Part shown: piece by piece, positions 62,705-64,000 of the stretch
Layout: each line of letters starts with the position of its first letter
How positions within the stretch are numbered: position 1 is the stretch's first letter
Origin: an uncultured Armatimonadetes bacterium
GTDB taxonomy: Bacteria; Armatimonadota; UBA5829; DTJY01
Direction of reading: 5' to 3'
Assembly (NCBI GenBank): GCA_963717145.1
Contig: OY970325.1
Location: 960,001 to 1,024,000, forward strand
Length of the DNA: 64,000 bases
Made by a program: the position numbers and the translations under genes
Notes under the pieces: generated by a model
Seen by the model: the letters and a program-made list of their open reading frames with translations, nothing else
Database searches by the model: none
What the model was told of the DNA's origin: nothing

Positions 62705-63709
62705 CTATGCCCGACGCCGTCTCATGCCCAGGAGTCCTACCAGTCCCCCAGCCAATGCGATAAGCGACGACGGCTCAGGAACCGCGGAGACACGGAACCC
62801 GAGATGGAGGCCCTCGTACGTCGGGTCGCTGGTACTCCAGATCCCTGCCAAAAGGGGGAAGCTGCCGTCGTAGTTGAACGAACCGCCACGCCGGACGCGA
62901 CGGGCGCCCCACATGGCCTCGTTCCACTCCCAGACGTTGCCGCCCTGATCGAATGTGCCGTAGGGACTCTCGGAGTTCTGGAACTCGCCGGCGACTGTAA
63001 AGTACTTGCCGGAGTCGATGGGGTAGGTGCCAGAGCCATAGCCAGGGTAGTAGTAGAGTTGGCGTTGTTACCGAAGGCGTCGGCCATGTCATTACCCGGG
63101 GCCGTGTCGCTGCTCGTGGGATAATCCCAGTATCCGGCGCTGGTACTGCCACCCTTGTAGTACGCAGCCTTATACCATTCGTTCTCGCTGGTGATCGCCC
63201 ACCTCCAGTCCGCCTCGCGGTTGACCGCCATAAGCTGGGCATCCGTCGTCGCGCCGTTGAGGTAGTACGCCCCGTCCTCGGTAGTCGCCAAGCCCTGTAC
63301 GCCCGTCGGCTGGCCGTTGTGCAGCCAGTTGGCGAAACGGGCCGAATCGCCCCAAGAAACGTAATTCACCGGCCGGTTCGCCCAGTCGGAGGCCACGCTG
63401 TAGGTGTAGCTGCCGGATGCGCCGCTGCGCTTGATCTTGCAGCCATAGGAGTCGTTCACCGTGTCCATGTACGTGTTGTACAGCCCGTAGGTGTCGGTGA
63501 CGGCCACGGCGTTGAGGAACTCGGTGTACTGTCCGGCGGTCACTTCGTACTTGCCGATGTTGTAGTTGTAGCCGACCGAGCCGTAGCCGGTGGTGTCGGC
63601 CTGCATTGCCTGCATCGCCCACCGTGACGGTGTCGATGTCGATCGCCTGAGCGGCAATAGTCATACCCAGCAGCACGAGCGCCGCCGTTACTGCGAATAA
63701 CCTCTTCAT
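62705..63709 (-). pseudogene. Copy 5, frameshifts near 63600 and 63060 (possibly sequencing error)
   Basis: Motifs split over three frames. Confidence 0.7.
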
Positions 63710-63773
63710 CCTTTTCCCTCCAAAGTGTTGTGGCCTGGCCGCGCGGATTCTAGTGCCCGCTTGCGGCAAACGG

Positions 63774-64000
63774 CTATGCCCGACGCCGTCTCATGCCCAG
63801 GAGTCCTACCAGTCCCCCAGCCAATGCGATGAGCGATGACGGCTCAGGGACTGCGGAGACACGGAACCCGATGCCGATGTCCTCGAGGAGCGGGTTGACG
63901 TTGCCGCGGAACGACGACTGCAGGGAGTTGCCGTTGCCGATGAACGAACCACCGCGCAGGCCGCGATAAGCGTCATAAAGCAAAGCCTCGTTCCACTCCC
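63774..64000 (-). CDS. Copy 6, C-terminal part (truncated by window edge)
   Basis: EWNE...RGGSF...IGFRVSAVPEPSS...RRRRA. Confidence 0.9.
   Translation of the reverse strand, partial: EWNEALLYDAYRGLRGGSFIGNGNSLQSSFRGNVNPLLEDIGIGFRVSAVPEPSSLIALAGGLVGLLGMRRRRA

Larger units (their letters stand above)
59341..63773 (-). repeat. Five near-identical 64-bp inter-cassette spacers
   Basis: At 59341-59404, 60455-60518, 61563-61626, 62641-62704 and 63710-63773. Each ends GGAGGGAAAAGG-ATG. Confidence 0.95.

Noticed and set aside
58318-63709. Catalytic formylglycine-generating enzymes
   Set aside because: The conserved active-site cysteine pair after RGGS is missing and that region is hypervariable.
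58318-64000. Complete DGR or integron within the window
   Set aside because: No RT, Avd, AAC-rich template repeat or integrase is visible, and the spacers lack attC RYYYAAC/GTTRRRY ends.

Overview
GC-rich bacterial chromosomal segment, probably Armatimonadota-like (inferred from the PEP-CTERM tail style and the C-terminal repeats of the S8 peptidase). It holds about 58 CDS: carbohydrate enzymes (GH130, GH38, fucose-isomerase-like, Tat-exported Gfo/Idh/MocA pair, DUF1080/ThuA), FprA-rubredoxin, dapA, aroQ, lexA, csp, kdsD/kdsC, signalling proteins and an envelope glycosylation cluster. No rRNA, tRNA, CRISPR, transposase or reverse transcriptase was recognised. Several single-base frameshifts suggest long-read errors. 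Two things stand out. (1) From 58.3 kb to the window edge there is a head-to-tail array of at least six ~1.1-kb cassettes encoding secreted FGE-sulfatase/C-type-lectin-fold PEP-CTERM proteins. They share near-identical ~230-bp junctions, have mosaic interiors and a hypervariable RGG...GFR segment, and the last copy shows an all-NNC codon pattern typical of DGR adenine mutagenesis. (2) Many unrelated long palindromic repeats are scattered through the window. Some are nested, one is flanked by a 12-bp direct repeat, and several sit in frame inside consecutive genes.
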